A stretch of DNA of 36,167 bases, from IMG/VR virus record IMGVR_UViG_2657245430_000003. One strand, given 5' to 3'. The position numbers and the translations under genes were made by a program. This DNA is from a virus (Duplodnaviria; Heunggongvirae; Uroviricota; Caudoviricetes). Below the pieces are notes generated by a model. It was not told the origin of the DNA and searched no databases. It saw nothing but the letters and a program-made list of their open reading frames with translations. Positions 1 to 11,678 of the stretch are shown one piece after another (the stretch's first letter is position 1; each line of letters starts with the position of its first letter).

Positions 1-229
1 GGCAGCGGGCTTGTAATGGGTTAAGTGATAACAGATGTCTGGAAATATAGGGGCAAATCCAATCGTCGCCGTATTCCCGTATTAACAGAGACCGTAGCCC
101 GACGGGGAACTCCTTCTGCGCGAGTGTGCGGGAATAATCAAAAACGATGCACACCGGGGTTACCGGGTACACATATTTCATCATGCCAGCGAGTCCGGTT
201 CTGGCACGGAAGAAACCGGACGTTATGAT

Positions 230-640
230 TTAGTGCGGAAATATTTGTGTAGTGTTCTGTATGTTCTCAGTAAAGAGTAATGAATTATCAAAGGTATAGT
301 AATACCTTTTGTTTTCGTGGATATTTGTAATCCATCTGAAAACCCCTGCTGTAGCAAGATTTTTCCTGTATTCGTAAAATGATAACTCTCCTGATTTGAA
401 TCCTTTTAAGGTGGCTTCTATAAGGCATTTATTTTTTGAAAATCTTACATTTACAACCTTACCCTGTCCTTTTATTAAAACCGTATTATCGTTTTCAAGA
501 ACAAGATGAATATTCTCTGTGGCTAAATAGTAAATGTAATGTGAGACATTGTGACGTTTTAGTTCAGAATAAAACCAGTGATAGTTTAAATTATTTCGCA
601 CTTTATCGAATATTTGTTTAAAAATGGCAACCTGAGCCAT
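230..640 (-). CDS. hypothetical protein, AT-rich accessory (moron) gene; function unknown
   Basis: ORF track 230..655 (-), 141 aa. The second in-frame ATG at 640 has a GGAAGG Shine-Dalgarno-like motif about 8 nt upstream, the first ATG at 655 has none, so 640 is the likelier start. Composition is strongly AT-rich compared with the flanking phage genes. Same strand as and directly downstream of the RHH-like ORF. No family recognised. Confidence 0.45.
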   Translation of the reverse strand: MAQVAIFKQIFDKVRNNLNYHWFYSELKRHNVSHYIYYLATENIHLVLENDNTVLIKGQGKVVNVRFSKNKCLIEATLKGFKSGELSFYEYRKNLATAGVFRWITNIHENKRYYYTFDNSLLFTENIQNTTQIFPH

Positions 641-697
641 TGTAGTACCTTCCATGTGATATGAGGGGGCGTAGTCTGCACGATTATCTAAATTGCT

Positions 698-931
698 TCA
701 ATCTGGTCTAACCTGTTTTCTGAGCAATTCAGTAATGTCACTCTTTTCTTTGTTTGCTTCAGGCGAAACTCTTTTTTCTGAGCACAGTCTCCGGCGGCAG
801 GCTTCAATGACCCAGGCTGAGAAATTCCCGGACCCTTTTTGAACAAGAGCGATGTTAATTTGTTCAATCATTTGGTTAGGAAAGCGGATGTTGCGGGTTG
901 TTGTTCTGCGGGTTCTGTTCTTCGTTGACAT
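698..931 (-). CDS. putative ribbon-helix-helix (Arc/MetJ/CopG-like) DNA-binding protein
   Basis: 77-aa ORF. The N-terminus is Arg/Thr-rich, then RFPNQMIEQINIALVQKGSGNFSAWVIEA fits a beta-strand followed by helices as in RHH proteins. AGGG lies about 7 nt upstream of the ATG. Assignment is by motif recognition only. Confidence 0.4.
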   Translation of the reverse strand: MSTKNRTRRTTTRNIRFPNQMIEQINIALVQKGSGNFSAWVIEACRRRLCSEKRVSPEANKEKSDITELLRKQVRPD

Positions 932-1100
932 GAGGTTGCCCTGTATTCAGTGTCGCTGATTTGTATTGTCTGAAGTTGTTTTTACGTTAAGTTGATGCAG
1001 ATCAATTAATACGATACCTGCGTCATAATTGATTATTTGACGTGGTTTGATGGCGTAGATGCACGTTGTGACATGTAGATGATAATTATTATCATTTTGC

Positions 1101-1319
1101 GGGTCCTTTCCGGCGATCCGACAGGTTACGGGGCGGAAGGCGCGCGGGTTTTCGCTATTTATGACAATTTTCCGGTTTAAGGCGTTTCCGTTCTTCTTCG
1201 CCGTAACCTAATGTTTTTATTTAAAACACCCCCTGAAAAGAAAGGAAACGACAGGTGCTGAAAACGGGCTTTTTGGCCTCTGTCGTTTCCTTTCTCTGTT
1301 TTTGTCCGTGGAATGAACA
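1101..1319 (+). other. cos: cos region: cosQ-like sequence, cosN (about 1131-1142) and cosB upstream of nu1
   Basis: GGGTCCTTTCCGGCGATCCGACAGGTTACG at 1101-1130 matches the lambda right end as I recall it. It is followed by GGGCGG...CGCGGGTTTTCGCTATTTATG and the lambda-like cosB/IHF region up to the nu1 ATG at 1320. Confidence 0.75.
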
Positions 1320-1839
1320 ATGGAAGTCAACAAAAAGCAGCTGGCTGACATTTTCGGTGCGAGTATCCGTACCATTCAGAACTGGCAGGAACAGGGAATG
1401 CCCGTTCTGCGAGGCGGTGGCAAGGGTAATGAGGTGCTTTATGACTCTGCCGCCGTTATAAGATGGTATGCCGAAAGGGATGCTGAAATTGAGAACGAAA
1501 AGCTGCGCCGGGAAGTTGAAGAACTGCGGCAGGCCAGCGAGACAGATCTCCAGCCAGGGACTATTGAGTACGAACGCCATCGACTTACGCGTGCGCAGGC
1601 CGACGCACAGGAGCTGAAAAATGCCAGAGACTCCGCTGAAGTGGTGGAAACCGCATTCTGTACTTTCGTGCTGTCGCGGATCGCAGGTGAAATTGCCAGT
1701 ATTCTCGACGGGATCCCCCTGTCGGTGCAGCGGCGTTTTCCGGAACTGGAAAACCGACATGTTGATTTCCTGAAACGGGATATCATCAAAGCCATGAACA
1801 AAGCAGCCGCGCTGGATGAACTGATACCGGGGTTGCTGA

Positions 1840-1865
<26 letters not shown>
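1320..1865 (+). CDS. nu1: terminase small subunit Nu1
   Basis: 181 aa, MEVNKKQLADIFGASIRTIQNWQEQGMPVL..., near-identical to lambda Nu1 from memory. It sits right after cosB and overlaps A by 26 nt as in lambda. Confidence 0.95.
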
Positions 1866-5546
<3,681 letters not shown>

Positions 5547-5566
<20 letters not shown>

Positions 5567-6866
5567 TCTCCCGCATATTGCCAGCATGGCTTTTAATGAG
5601 CCGCTGATGCTTGAACCCGCCTATGCGCGGGTTTTCTTTTGTGCGCTTGCAGGCCAGCTTGGGATCAGCTGCCTGACGGATGCAGTATCCGGCGACAGCC
5701 TGACTGCCGGAGAGGCACCCGCGGCGCTGGCGTTATCCGGTGATGATGACGGACCACGACAGGCCCGCAGTTATCAGGTAATGAACGGCATCGCCGTGCT
5801 GCCGGTGTCCGGCACGCTGGTCAGCCGGACGCGGGCGCTGCAGCCGTACTCGGGGATGACCGGTTACAACGGCATTATCGCCCGTCTGCAACAGGCTGCC
5901 AGCGACCCGATGGTGGACGGCATTCTGCTCGATATGGACACACCGGGCGGAATGGTGGCGGGAGCATTTGACTGCGCTGACATCATCGCCCGTGTGCGTG
6001 ACATAAAGCCGGTATGGGCGCTGGCCAATGACATGAACTGCAGCGCAGGTCAGCTGCTTGCCAGTGCCGCCTCCCGGCGTCTGGTCACGCAGACCGCCCG
6101 GACAGGCTCCATCGGCGTCATGATGGCTCACAGTAATTACGGCGCTGCACTGGAGAAACAGGGCGTGGAAATCACGCTGATTTACAGCGGCAGCCATAAG
6201 GTGGATGGCAACCCCTACAGCCATCTACCGGATGATGTCCGGGAAACATTGCAGTCCCGGATGGATGCAACCCGCCGGATGTTTGCACAGAAGGTGTCGG
6301 CATATACCGGCCTGTCCGTGCAGGCTGTGCTGGATACCGAGGCTGCAGTGTACAGCGGTCAGGAGGCCATTGATGCCGGACTGGCTGATGAACTTGTTAA
6401 CAGTACCGATGCGATCACCGTCATGCGTGATGCACTGGATGCACGTAAATCCCGTCTCTCAGGAGGGCGAATGACCAAAGAGACTCAATCAACAACTGTT
6501 TCAGCCACTGCTTCGCAGGCTGACGTTACTGGCGTGGTGCAAGCGACGGAGGGCGAGAACGCCAGCGCGGCGCAGCCGGACGTGAACGCGCAGATCACCG
6601 CAGCGGTTGCGGCAGAAAACAGTCGCATTATGGGGATCCTCAACTGTGAGGAGGCTCACGGACGCGAAGAACAGGCACGCGTGCTGGCCGAAACCCCCGG
6701 TATGACCGTGGAAACGGCCCGCCGTATTCTGGCCGCAGCACCACAGAGTGCACAGACGCGCAGTGACACTGCGCTGGATCGTCTGATGCAGGGGGCACCG
6801 GCACCGCTGGCTGCAGGTAACCCGGCATCTGATGCCGTTAACGATTTGCTGAACACACCAGTGTAA
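5547..6866 (+). CDS. C: head maturation protease / scaffold C
   Basis: The ORF track shows a longer ORF from 5412. The lambda C N-terminus (V/M)TAELRNLPHIASMAFNEPLML begins at the GTG at 5547, overlapping the end of B. This gives 439 aa, the lambda gpC length. Confidence 0.9.
6261..6866 (+). CDS. nu3: capsid scaffolding protein Nu3 (in-frame internal start within C)
   Basis: Internal ATG at 6261 (MDATRRMFAQKVS...) in the C frame, sharing the C stop. Length 201 aa as for lambda Nu3. The nested arrangement is established for lambda. Confidence 0.8.
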   Translation: MDATRRMFAQKVSAYTGLSVQAVLDTEAAVYSGQEAIDAGLADELVNSTDAITVMRDALDARKSRLSGGRMTKETQSTTVSATASQADVTGVVQATEGENASAAQPDVNAQITAAVAAENSRIMGILNCEEAHGREEQARVLAETPGMTVETARRILAAAPQSAQTRSDTALDRLMQGAPAPLAAGNPASDAVNDLLNTPV

Positions 6867-6875
6867 GGGATGTTT

Positions 6876-7208
6876 ATGACGAGCAAAGAAACCTTTACCC
6901 ATTACCAGCCGCTGGGCAATAGTGACCCGGCTCATACCGCAACCGCGCCCGGCGGATTGAGTGCGAAAGCGCCTGCAATGACCCCGCTGATGCTGGACAC
7001 CTCCACCCGTAAGCTGGTTGCGTGGGATGGCACCACCGACGGTGCTGCCGTTGGCATTCTTGCGGTTGCTGCTGACCAGACCAGCACCACACTGACGTTC
7101 TACAAGTCCGGCACGTTCCGTTATGAGGATGTGCTCTGGCCGGAGGCTGCCAGCGACGAGACGAAAAAACGGACCGTGTTTGCCGGAACGGCAATCAGCA
7201 TCGTTTAA
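6876..7208 (+). CDS. D: head decoration protein D
   Basis: [27 protein letters not shown]..., 110 aa from the ATG at 6876, with AAGGGA upstream. The track's 6870 start adds MF. Confidence 0.93.
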   Translation: MTSKETFTHYQPLGNSDPAHTATAPGGLSAKAPAMTPLMLDTSTRKLVAWDGTTDGAAVGILAVAADQTSTTLTFYKSGTFRYEDVLWPEAASDETKKRTVFAGTAISIV

Positions 7209-7263
7209 CTTTACCCTTCATCACTAAAGGCCGCCTGTGTGGCTTTTTTTACGGGATTTTTTT

Positions 7264-8289
7264 ATGTCGATGTACACAACCGCCCAGCTGCTGGCGGCAA
7301 ATGAGCAGAAATTTAAGTTTGATCCGCTGTTTCTGCGTCTCTTTTTCCGTGAGAGCTATCCCTTCACTACGGAGAAAGTCTATCTCTCACAAATTCCGGG
7401 ACTGGTAAACATGGCGCTGTACGTTTCGCCGATTGTTTCCGGTGAGGTTATCCGTTCCCGTGGCGGCTCCACCTCTGAATTTACGCCGGGATATGTCAAA
7501 CCCAAGCATGAGGTGAATCCGCAGATGACCCTGCGTCGCCTGCCGGATGAAGATCCGCAGAATCTGGCGGACCCGGCTTACCGCCGCCGTCGCATCATCA
7601 TGCAGAACATGCGTGACGAAGAGCTGGCCATTGCTCAGGTCGAAGAGATGCAGGCAGTTTCTGCCGTGCTCAAGGGCAAATACACCATGACCGGTGAAGC
7701 CTTCGATCCGGTTGAGGTGGATATGGGCCGCAGTGCGGCGAACAACATCACACAGTCCGGCGTCACGGAGTGGAGCAAGCGTGACAAGTCCACGTATGAC
7801 CCGACCGACGATATCGAAGCCTACGCGCTGAACGCCAGCGGTGTGGTGAATATCATCGTGTTTGACCCGAAAGGCTGGGCGCTGTTCCGTTCCTTCAAAG
7901 CCGTCAAGGAGAAGCTGGATACCCGTCGCGGCTCTCATTCCGAGCTGGAGACAGCGGTAAAAGACCTGGGCAAAGCGGTGTCCTATAAGGGAATGTATGG
8001 CGATGTGGCCATCGTCGTGTATTCCGGACAGTACGTGGAAAACGGCGTCAAAAAGAACTTCCTGCCGGACAACACGATGGTGCTGGGGAACACTCAGGCT
8101 CGCGGTCTGCGCACCTATGGCTGCATTCAGGATGCGGACGCACAGCGCGAAGGCATTAACGCTTCTGCCCGTTACCCGAAAAACTGGGTGACCACCGGCG
8201 ATCCGGCGCGTGAGTTCACCATGATTCAGTCAGCACCGCTGATGCTGCTGGCTGATCCTGATGAGTTCGTGTCCGTTCAACTGGCGTAA
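7264..8289 (+). CDS. E: major capsid protein E
   Basis: MSMYTTAQLLAANEQKFKFDPLFLRLFF..., 341 aa from the ATG at 7264, matching lambda gpE. Confidence 0.95.
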   Translation: MSMYTTAQLLAANEQKFKFDPLFLRLFFRESYPFTTEKVYLSQIPGLVNMALYVSPIVSGEVIRSRGGSTSEFTPGYVKPKHEVNPQMTLRRLPDEDPQNLADPAYRRRRIIMQNMRDEELAIAQVEEMQAVSAVLKGKYTMTGEAFDPVEVDMGRSAANNITQSGVTEWSKRDKSTYDPTDDIEAYALNASGVVNIIVFDPKGWALFRSFKAVKEKLDTRRGSHSELETAVKDLGKAVSYKGMYGDVAIVVYSGQYVENGVKKNFLPDNTMVLGNTQARGLRTYGCIQDADAQREGINASARYPKNWVTTGDPAREFTMIQSAPLMLLADPDEFVSVQLA

Positions 8290-8291
8290 TC

Positions 8292-8313
8292 ATGGCCCTT
8301 CGGGGCCATTTTC
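8292..8313 (+). terminator. stem-loop immediately after E (ATGGCCC-TTCG-GGGCCAT then T-rich)
   Basis: Perfect 7-bp GC-rich stem with a TTCG loop at 8292-8309, followed by TTTCTCTCT. Probably an mRNA stability or partial-termination element between E and FI. Confidence 0.5.
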
Positions 8314-8330
8314 TCTCTGTGGAGGAGTTC

Positions 8331-8729
8331 ATGACGAAAGATGAACTGATTGCCCGTCTTCAGGAGCTGGGTGAGCAATTGAACCGCGATGTCAGTTTGA
8401 CGGGAACGAAAGAAGAACTGGCGCTTCGTGTGGCAGAGCTGGAAGAAGAGCTTGATGACACGGATGAAACTGCCGGTCAGGACACCCCTCTCAGCCGGGA
8501 AAATGTGCTGACCGGGCATGAAAATGAGGTGGTATCAGCGCAGCCGGATACCGTGATTCAGGATACGGCTGAACTGGTCACGGTCGTGGCACTGGTGACG
8601 CTGCATACTGATGCACTTCACGCCACGCGGGATAAACCTGTGGCATTTGTGCTGCCGGGAACGGCGTTTCGTGTCTCTGCCGGTGTGGCAGCCGAAATGA
8701 CAGAGCGCGGCCTGGCCAGAATGCAATAA
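8331..8729 (+). CDS. FI: DNA packaging / head assembly protein FI
   Basis: MTKDELIARLQELGEQLNRDVSLTGTKEELALRVAEL..., 132 aa from the ATG at 8331, with GGAGGA 5 nt upstream. Confidence 0.92.
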   Translation: MTKDELIARLQELGEQLNRDVSLTGTKEELALRVAELEEELDDTDETAGQDTPLSRENVLTGHENEVVSAQPDTVIQDTAELVTVVALVTLHTDALHATRDKPVAFVLPGTAFRVSAGVAAEMTERGLARMQ

Positions 8730-8740
8730 CGGGAGGCGCT

Positions 8741-9094
8741 GTGGCTGATTTCGATAACCTGTTCGATGCTGCCATTGCCCGCGCCGATGAAACGATACGC
8801 GGGTACATGGGAACGTCAGCCACCATGACATCCGGTGAGCAGTCAGGTGCGGTGATACGTGGTGTTTTTGATGACCCTGAAAATATCAGCTATGCCGGAC
8901 AGGGCGTGCGCGTTGAAGGCTCCAGCCCGTCCCTGTTTGTCCGGACTGATGAGGTGCGGCAGCTGCGGCGTGGAGACACGCTGACCATCGGTGAGGAAAA
9001 TTTCTGGGTAGATCGGGTTTCGCCGGATGATGGCGGAAGTTGTCATCTCTGGCTTGGACGGGGCGTACCGCCTGCCGTTAACCGTCGCCGCTGA
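8741..9094 (+). CDS. FII: head completion protein FII
   Basis: GTG start at 8741, (M)ADFDNLFDAAIARADETIRGYMG..., 117 aa. Confidence 0.92.
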   Translation: MADFDNLFDAAIARADETIRGYMGTSATMTSGEQSGAVIRGVFDDPENISYAGQGVRVEGSSPSLFVRTDEVRQLRRGDTLTIGEENFWVDRVSPDDGGSCHLWLGRGVPPAVNRRR

Positions 9095-9105
9095 AAGGGG
9101 GATGT

Positions 9106-9684
9106 ATGGCCATAAAAGGTCTTGAGCAGGCCGTTGAAAACCTCAGCCGTATCAGCAAAACGGCGGTGCCCGGTGCCGCCGCAATGGCCATTAACCGCGT
9201 TGCTTCATCCGCGATATCGCAGTCTGCGTCACAGGTTGCCCGTGAGACAAAGGTACGCCGGAAACTGGTAAAGGAAAGGGCCAGGCTGAAAAGGGCCACG
9301 GTCAAAAATCCGCAGGCCAGAATCAAAGTTAACCGGGGGGATTTGCCCGTAATCAAGCTGGGTAATGCGCGGGTTGTCCTGTCCCGCCGCAGGCGTCATA
9401 AAAAGGGGCAGCGTTCATCCCTGAAAGGTGGCGGCAGCGTGCTTGTGGTGGGTAACCGTCGTATTCCCGGCGCGTTTATTCAGCAACTGAAAAACGGCCG
9501 GTGGCATGTTATGCAGCGTGTGGCCGGGAAAAACCGTTACCCCATTGATGTGGTGAAAATCCCGATGGCGGTGCCGCTGACCACGGCGTTTAAACAGAAT
9601 ATTGAACGGATACGGCGTGAACGTCTTCCGAAAGAGCTGGGCTATGCGCTGCAGCATCAACTGAGAATGGTAATAAAGCGATGA
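9106..9684 (+). CDS. Z: tail completion protein Z
   Basis: MAIKGLEQAVENLSRISKTAVPGAAAMAINRV..., 192 aa. Confidence 0.93.
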   Translation: MAIKGLEQAVENLSRISKTAVPGAAAMAINRVASSAISQSASQVARETKVRRKLVKERARLKRATVKNPQARIKVNRGDLPVIKLGNARVVLSRRRRHKKGQRSSLKGGGSVLVVGNRRIPGAFIQQLKNGRWHVMQRVAGKNRYPIDVVKIPMAVPLTTAFKQNIERIRRERLPKELGYALQHQLRMVIKR

Positions 9685-10076
9685 AACATACTGAACTCCG
9701 TGCAGCCGTACTGGATGCACTGGAGAAGCATGACACCGGGGCGACGCTTTTTGATGGTCGCCCCGCTGTTTTTGATGAGGAAGATTTTCCGGCAATTGCC
9801 GTTTATCTCACCGGCGCTGAATACACGGGCGAAGAGCTGGACAGCGATACCTGGCAGGCGGAGCTGCATATTGAAGTTTTCCTGCCTGCTCAGGTGCCGG
9901 ATTCAGAGCTGGATTCGTGGATGGAGTCCCGGATTTATCCTGTGATGAGCGATATCCCGGCACTGTCAGATTTGATCACCAGTATGGTGGCCAGCGGCTA
10001 TGACTACCGGCGCGACGATGATGCGGGCCTGTGGAGTTCAGCCGATCTGACTTATGTCATTATCTATGAAATGTGA
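9681..10076 (+). CDS. U: tail terminator protein U
   Basis: [36 protein letters not shown]..., 131 aa. Start overlaps the Z stop. Confidence 0.93.
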   Translation: MKHTELRAAVLDALEKHDTGATLFDGRPAVFDEEDFPAIAVYLTGAEYTGEELDSDTWQAELHIEVFLPAQVPDSELDSWMESRIYPVMSDIPALSDLITSMVASGYDYRRDDDAGLWSSADLTYVIIYEM

Positions 10077-10083
10077 GGACGCT

Positions 10084-10824
10084 ATGCCTGTACCAAATCC
10101 TACAATGCCGGTGAAAGGTGCCGGGACCACCCTGTGGGTTTATAAGGGGAGCGGTGACCCTTATGCGAACCCGCTTTCAGACGTTGACTGGTCGCGTCTG
10201 GCAAAAGTTAAAGACCTGACGCCCGGCGAACTGACCGCTGAGTCCTATGACGACAGCTATCTCGATGATGAAGATGCAGACTGGACTGCGACCGGGCAGG
10301 GGCAGAAATCTGCCGGAGATACCAGCTTCACGCTGGCGTGGATGCCCGGAGAGCAGGGGCAGCAGGCGCTGCTGGCGTGGTTTAATGAAGGTGATACCCG
10401 TGCCTATAAAATCCGCTTCCCGAACGGCACGGTCGATGTGTTCCGTGGCTGGGTCAGCAGTATCGGTAAGGCGGTGACGGCGAAGGAGGTGATTACCCGC
10501 ACGGTGAAGGTCACCAATGTGGGACGTCCGTCGATGGCAGAAGATCGCAGCACGGTGACGGCGACGACCGGCATGACGGTGACACCCGCCAGTGCTTCCG
10601 TAGTGAAAGGGCAGAGCACCACGCTGACCGTGGCATTCCAGCCGGATGGCGCAACCGACAAGAGCTTCCGTGCGGTGTCTGCGGATAAAACAAAAGCCAC
10701 CGTGTCGGTCAGTGGTATGACCATCACCGTGAAAGGTGTTGCTGCAGGCAAGGTCAACATTCCGGTCGTATCTGGTAATGGTGAGTTTGCTGCGGTTGCA
10801 GAAATCAACGTCACCGCCAGTTAA
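10084..10824 (+). CDS. V: major tail tube protein V
   Basis: [31 protein letters not shown]..., 246 aa from the ATG at 10084. The track's 10054 start is an upstream extension. Confidence 0.95.
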   Translation: MPVPNPTMPVKGAGTTLWVYKGSGDPYANPLSDVDWSRLAKVKDLTPGELTAESYDDSYLDDEDADWTATGQGQKSAGDTSFTLAWMPGEQGQQALLAWFNEGDTRAYKIRFPNGTVDVFRGWVSSIGKAVTAKEVITRTVKVTNVGRPSMAEDRSTVTATTGMTVTPASASVVKGQSTTLTVAFQPDGATDKSFRAVSADKTKATVSVSGMTITVKGVAAGKVNIPVVSGNGEFAAVAEINVTAS

Positions 10825-10839
10825 TCCGGAGAGTCAGCG

Positions 10840-11262
10840 ATGTTCCTGAAAACCGAATCATTTGAACATAACGGTGTGACCGTCACGCTTTCTGAACTGT
10901 CAGCCCTGCAGCGTATTGAGCATCTCGACCTGATGAAACGGCAGGCAGAACAGGCGGAGTCAGACAGCAACCGGAAGTTTACTGTGGAAGACGCCATCAG
11001 AACCGGCGCTTTTGTGGTTGCGATGTCCCTGTGGCATAACCATCCGAAGAAGACGCAGATGCCGTCCATGAATGAAGCCGTTAAACAGATTGAGCAGGAA
11101 GTGCTTACCACCTGGCCCACAGAGGCAATTTCTCATGCTGAAAACGTGGTGTACCGGCTGTCCGGTATGTATGAGTTTGTGGTGAATGATGCTCCTGAAC
11201 AGGCAGAGGACGCCGGGCCTGCAGAGCCTGTTTCTGCGGGAAAGTGTTCGACGGTGAGCTGA
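10840..11262 (+). CDS. G: tail assembly chaperone G
   Basis: MFLKTESFEHNGVTVTLSELSALQRIEHLDLMKRQAEQ..., 140 aa. Confidence 0.93.
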   Translation: MFLKTESFEHNGVTVTLSELSALQRIEHLDLMKRQAEQAESDSNRKFTVEDAIRTGAFVVAMSLWHNHPKKTQMPSMNEAVKQIEQEVLTTWPTEAISHAENVVYRLSGMYEFVVNDAPEQAEDAGPAEPVSAGKCSTVS

Positions 11263-11678
11263 GTTTTGCCCTGAAACTGGCGCGTGAGATGGGGCGACCC
11301 GACTGGCGCGCCATGCTTGCCGGGATGTCATCCACGGAGTATGCCGACTGGCACCGCTTTTACAGTACCCATTATTTTCATGATGTTCTGCTGGATATGC
11401 ACTTTTCCGGGCTGACGTACACCGTGCTCAGCCTGTTTTTCAGCGATCCGGAGATGCATCCGCTGGATTTCAGTCTGCTGAACCGGCGCGAGGCTGACGA
11501 AGAGCCTGAAGATGATGTGCTGATGCAGAAAGCGGCAGGGCTTGCCGGAGGTGTCCGCTTTGGCCCGGACGGGAATGAAGTTATCCCCGCTTCCCCGGAT
11601 GTGGCGGACATGACGGAGGATGACGTAATGCTGATGACAGTATCAGAAGGGATCGCAGGAGGAGTCCGGTATGGCTGA
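10840..11678 (+). CDS. T: tail assembly protein G-T, made by -1 programmed ribosomal frameshift
   Basis: The T reading frame (11244..11678) is -1 relative to G and has no start of its own. The slippery heptamer GGGAAAG sits at 11238-11244 near the end of G. The G-T frameshift is established for lambda. Confidence 0.85.
11238..11244 (+). promoter_or_regulatory. -1 frameshift slippery site G GGA AAG for G to G-T
   Basis: Heptamer GGGAAAG read directly at the G/T frame overlap. Confidence 0.8.

Noticed and set aside
25-228. 67-aa + ORF at the left edge
   Set aside because: No recognisable motif, an Arg-rich composition typical of spurious frames, and it sits in the 3' flank of the minus-strand accessory gene. 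Not supported as a gene.
7208-7263. Possible terminator hairpin between D and E (GGCCGCCTGTGTGGC followed by 7 T)
   Set aside because: The stem is short and imperfect, and D and E must be co-transcribed at high level. At most a weak attenuator; not called.
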